IMG/VR virus record: IMGVR_UViG_3300021411_000003
Coordinates: 1 to 45,578 of that record
DNA from: a virus
Lineage: Duplodnaviria > Caudoviricetes
DNA: 45,578 bases
Strand: one strand, 5' to 3'
Positions 45,452 to 45,578 of the stretch are shown in pieces (position 1 is the first letter of the stretch; each line of letters starts with the position of its first letter). A program made the position numbers and the translations under genes. The notes under the pieces are model-generated. The model was not told where the DNA came from, made no database searches, and was given only the letters and a program-made list of their open reading frames with translations.

Positions 45452-45578
45452 GATTTAAAATGTCTGAAGTTGACAGAAGTGCAGTTCGTGATACTCTAAT
45501 TGTATTACAAGATGCTAAGACTACAGGTAATGGTAAAGCTCTAGCCGTTCCCGGATTTACACACCACGTATTCTATAT
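45452..45578 (+). repeat. Terminal direct repeat (copy 2)
   Basis: Identical to 1-127. Confidence 0.95.

Noticed and set aside
45452-45578. 127-bp terminal repeat as the physical genome end
   Set aside because: It interrupts an ORF and equals a common assembler k-mer length, so it is most likely a circular-assembly overlap.
1-45578. Stop-codon reassignment or a temperate lifestyle
   Set aside because: Long genes are intact under the standard code with TAA, TAG and TGA all used as stops. No integrase, repressor cassette or partition system is recognisable.

Overview
This window is an apparently complete, circularly closed, AT-rich dsDNA tailed-phage genome of about 45.45 kb. The last 127 nt duplicate the first 127 nt, probably an assembly overlap. 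It has two arms. The + arm (44498 through the origin to 24565) carries lysis or envelope candidates, terminase, portal, scaffold, major capsid, podovirus-type tail parts, a beta-helix spike, collagen-like fibres, a GH108 muramidase and three putative ejection proteins. The - arm (about 43600 to 24605) carries replication and early genes: SNF2 helicase, Cas4-like exonuclease, Sak4-like ATPase, DUF669-like SSB, HNH, a UDG-PolA fusion, DUF3987-like ATPase, MazG-like enzyme, a cold-shock protein and many small ORFs. I saw no integrase, tRNA or CRISPR array. The most unusual signals are: (1) two small early proteins ending in diverged copies of the N- and C-terminal segments of the phage's own major capsid protein, plus an unannotated mini-protein ending in an SSB tail (DDDIPF), together a possible mimic/decoy set; (2) two head-to-head pairs of sigma54 -24/-12 sites within a TGCA-rich repeat field; (3) a roughly 450-nt densely base-paired non-coding region; (4) genome-wide enrichment of AGCCG/CGGCT; (5) a pseudoknot-type -1 frameshift candidate in a secreted-protein gene; (6) a one-gene cassette bounded by perfect 27-bp inverted repeats. 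All protein calls come from motif recognition by eye, not database searches.
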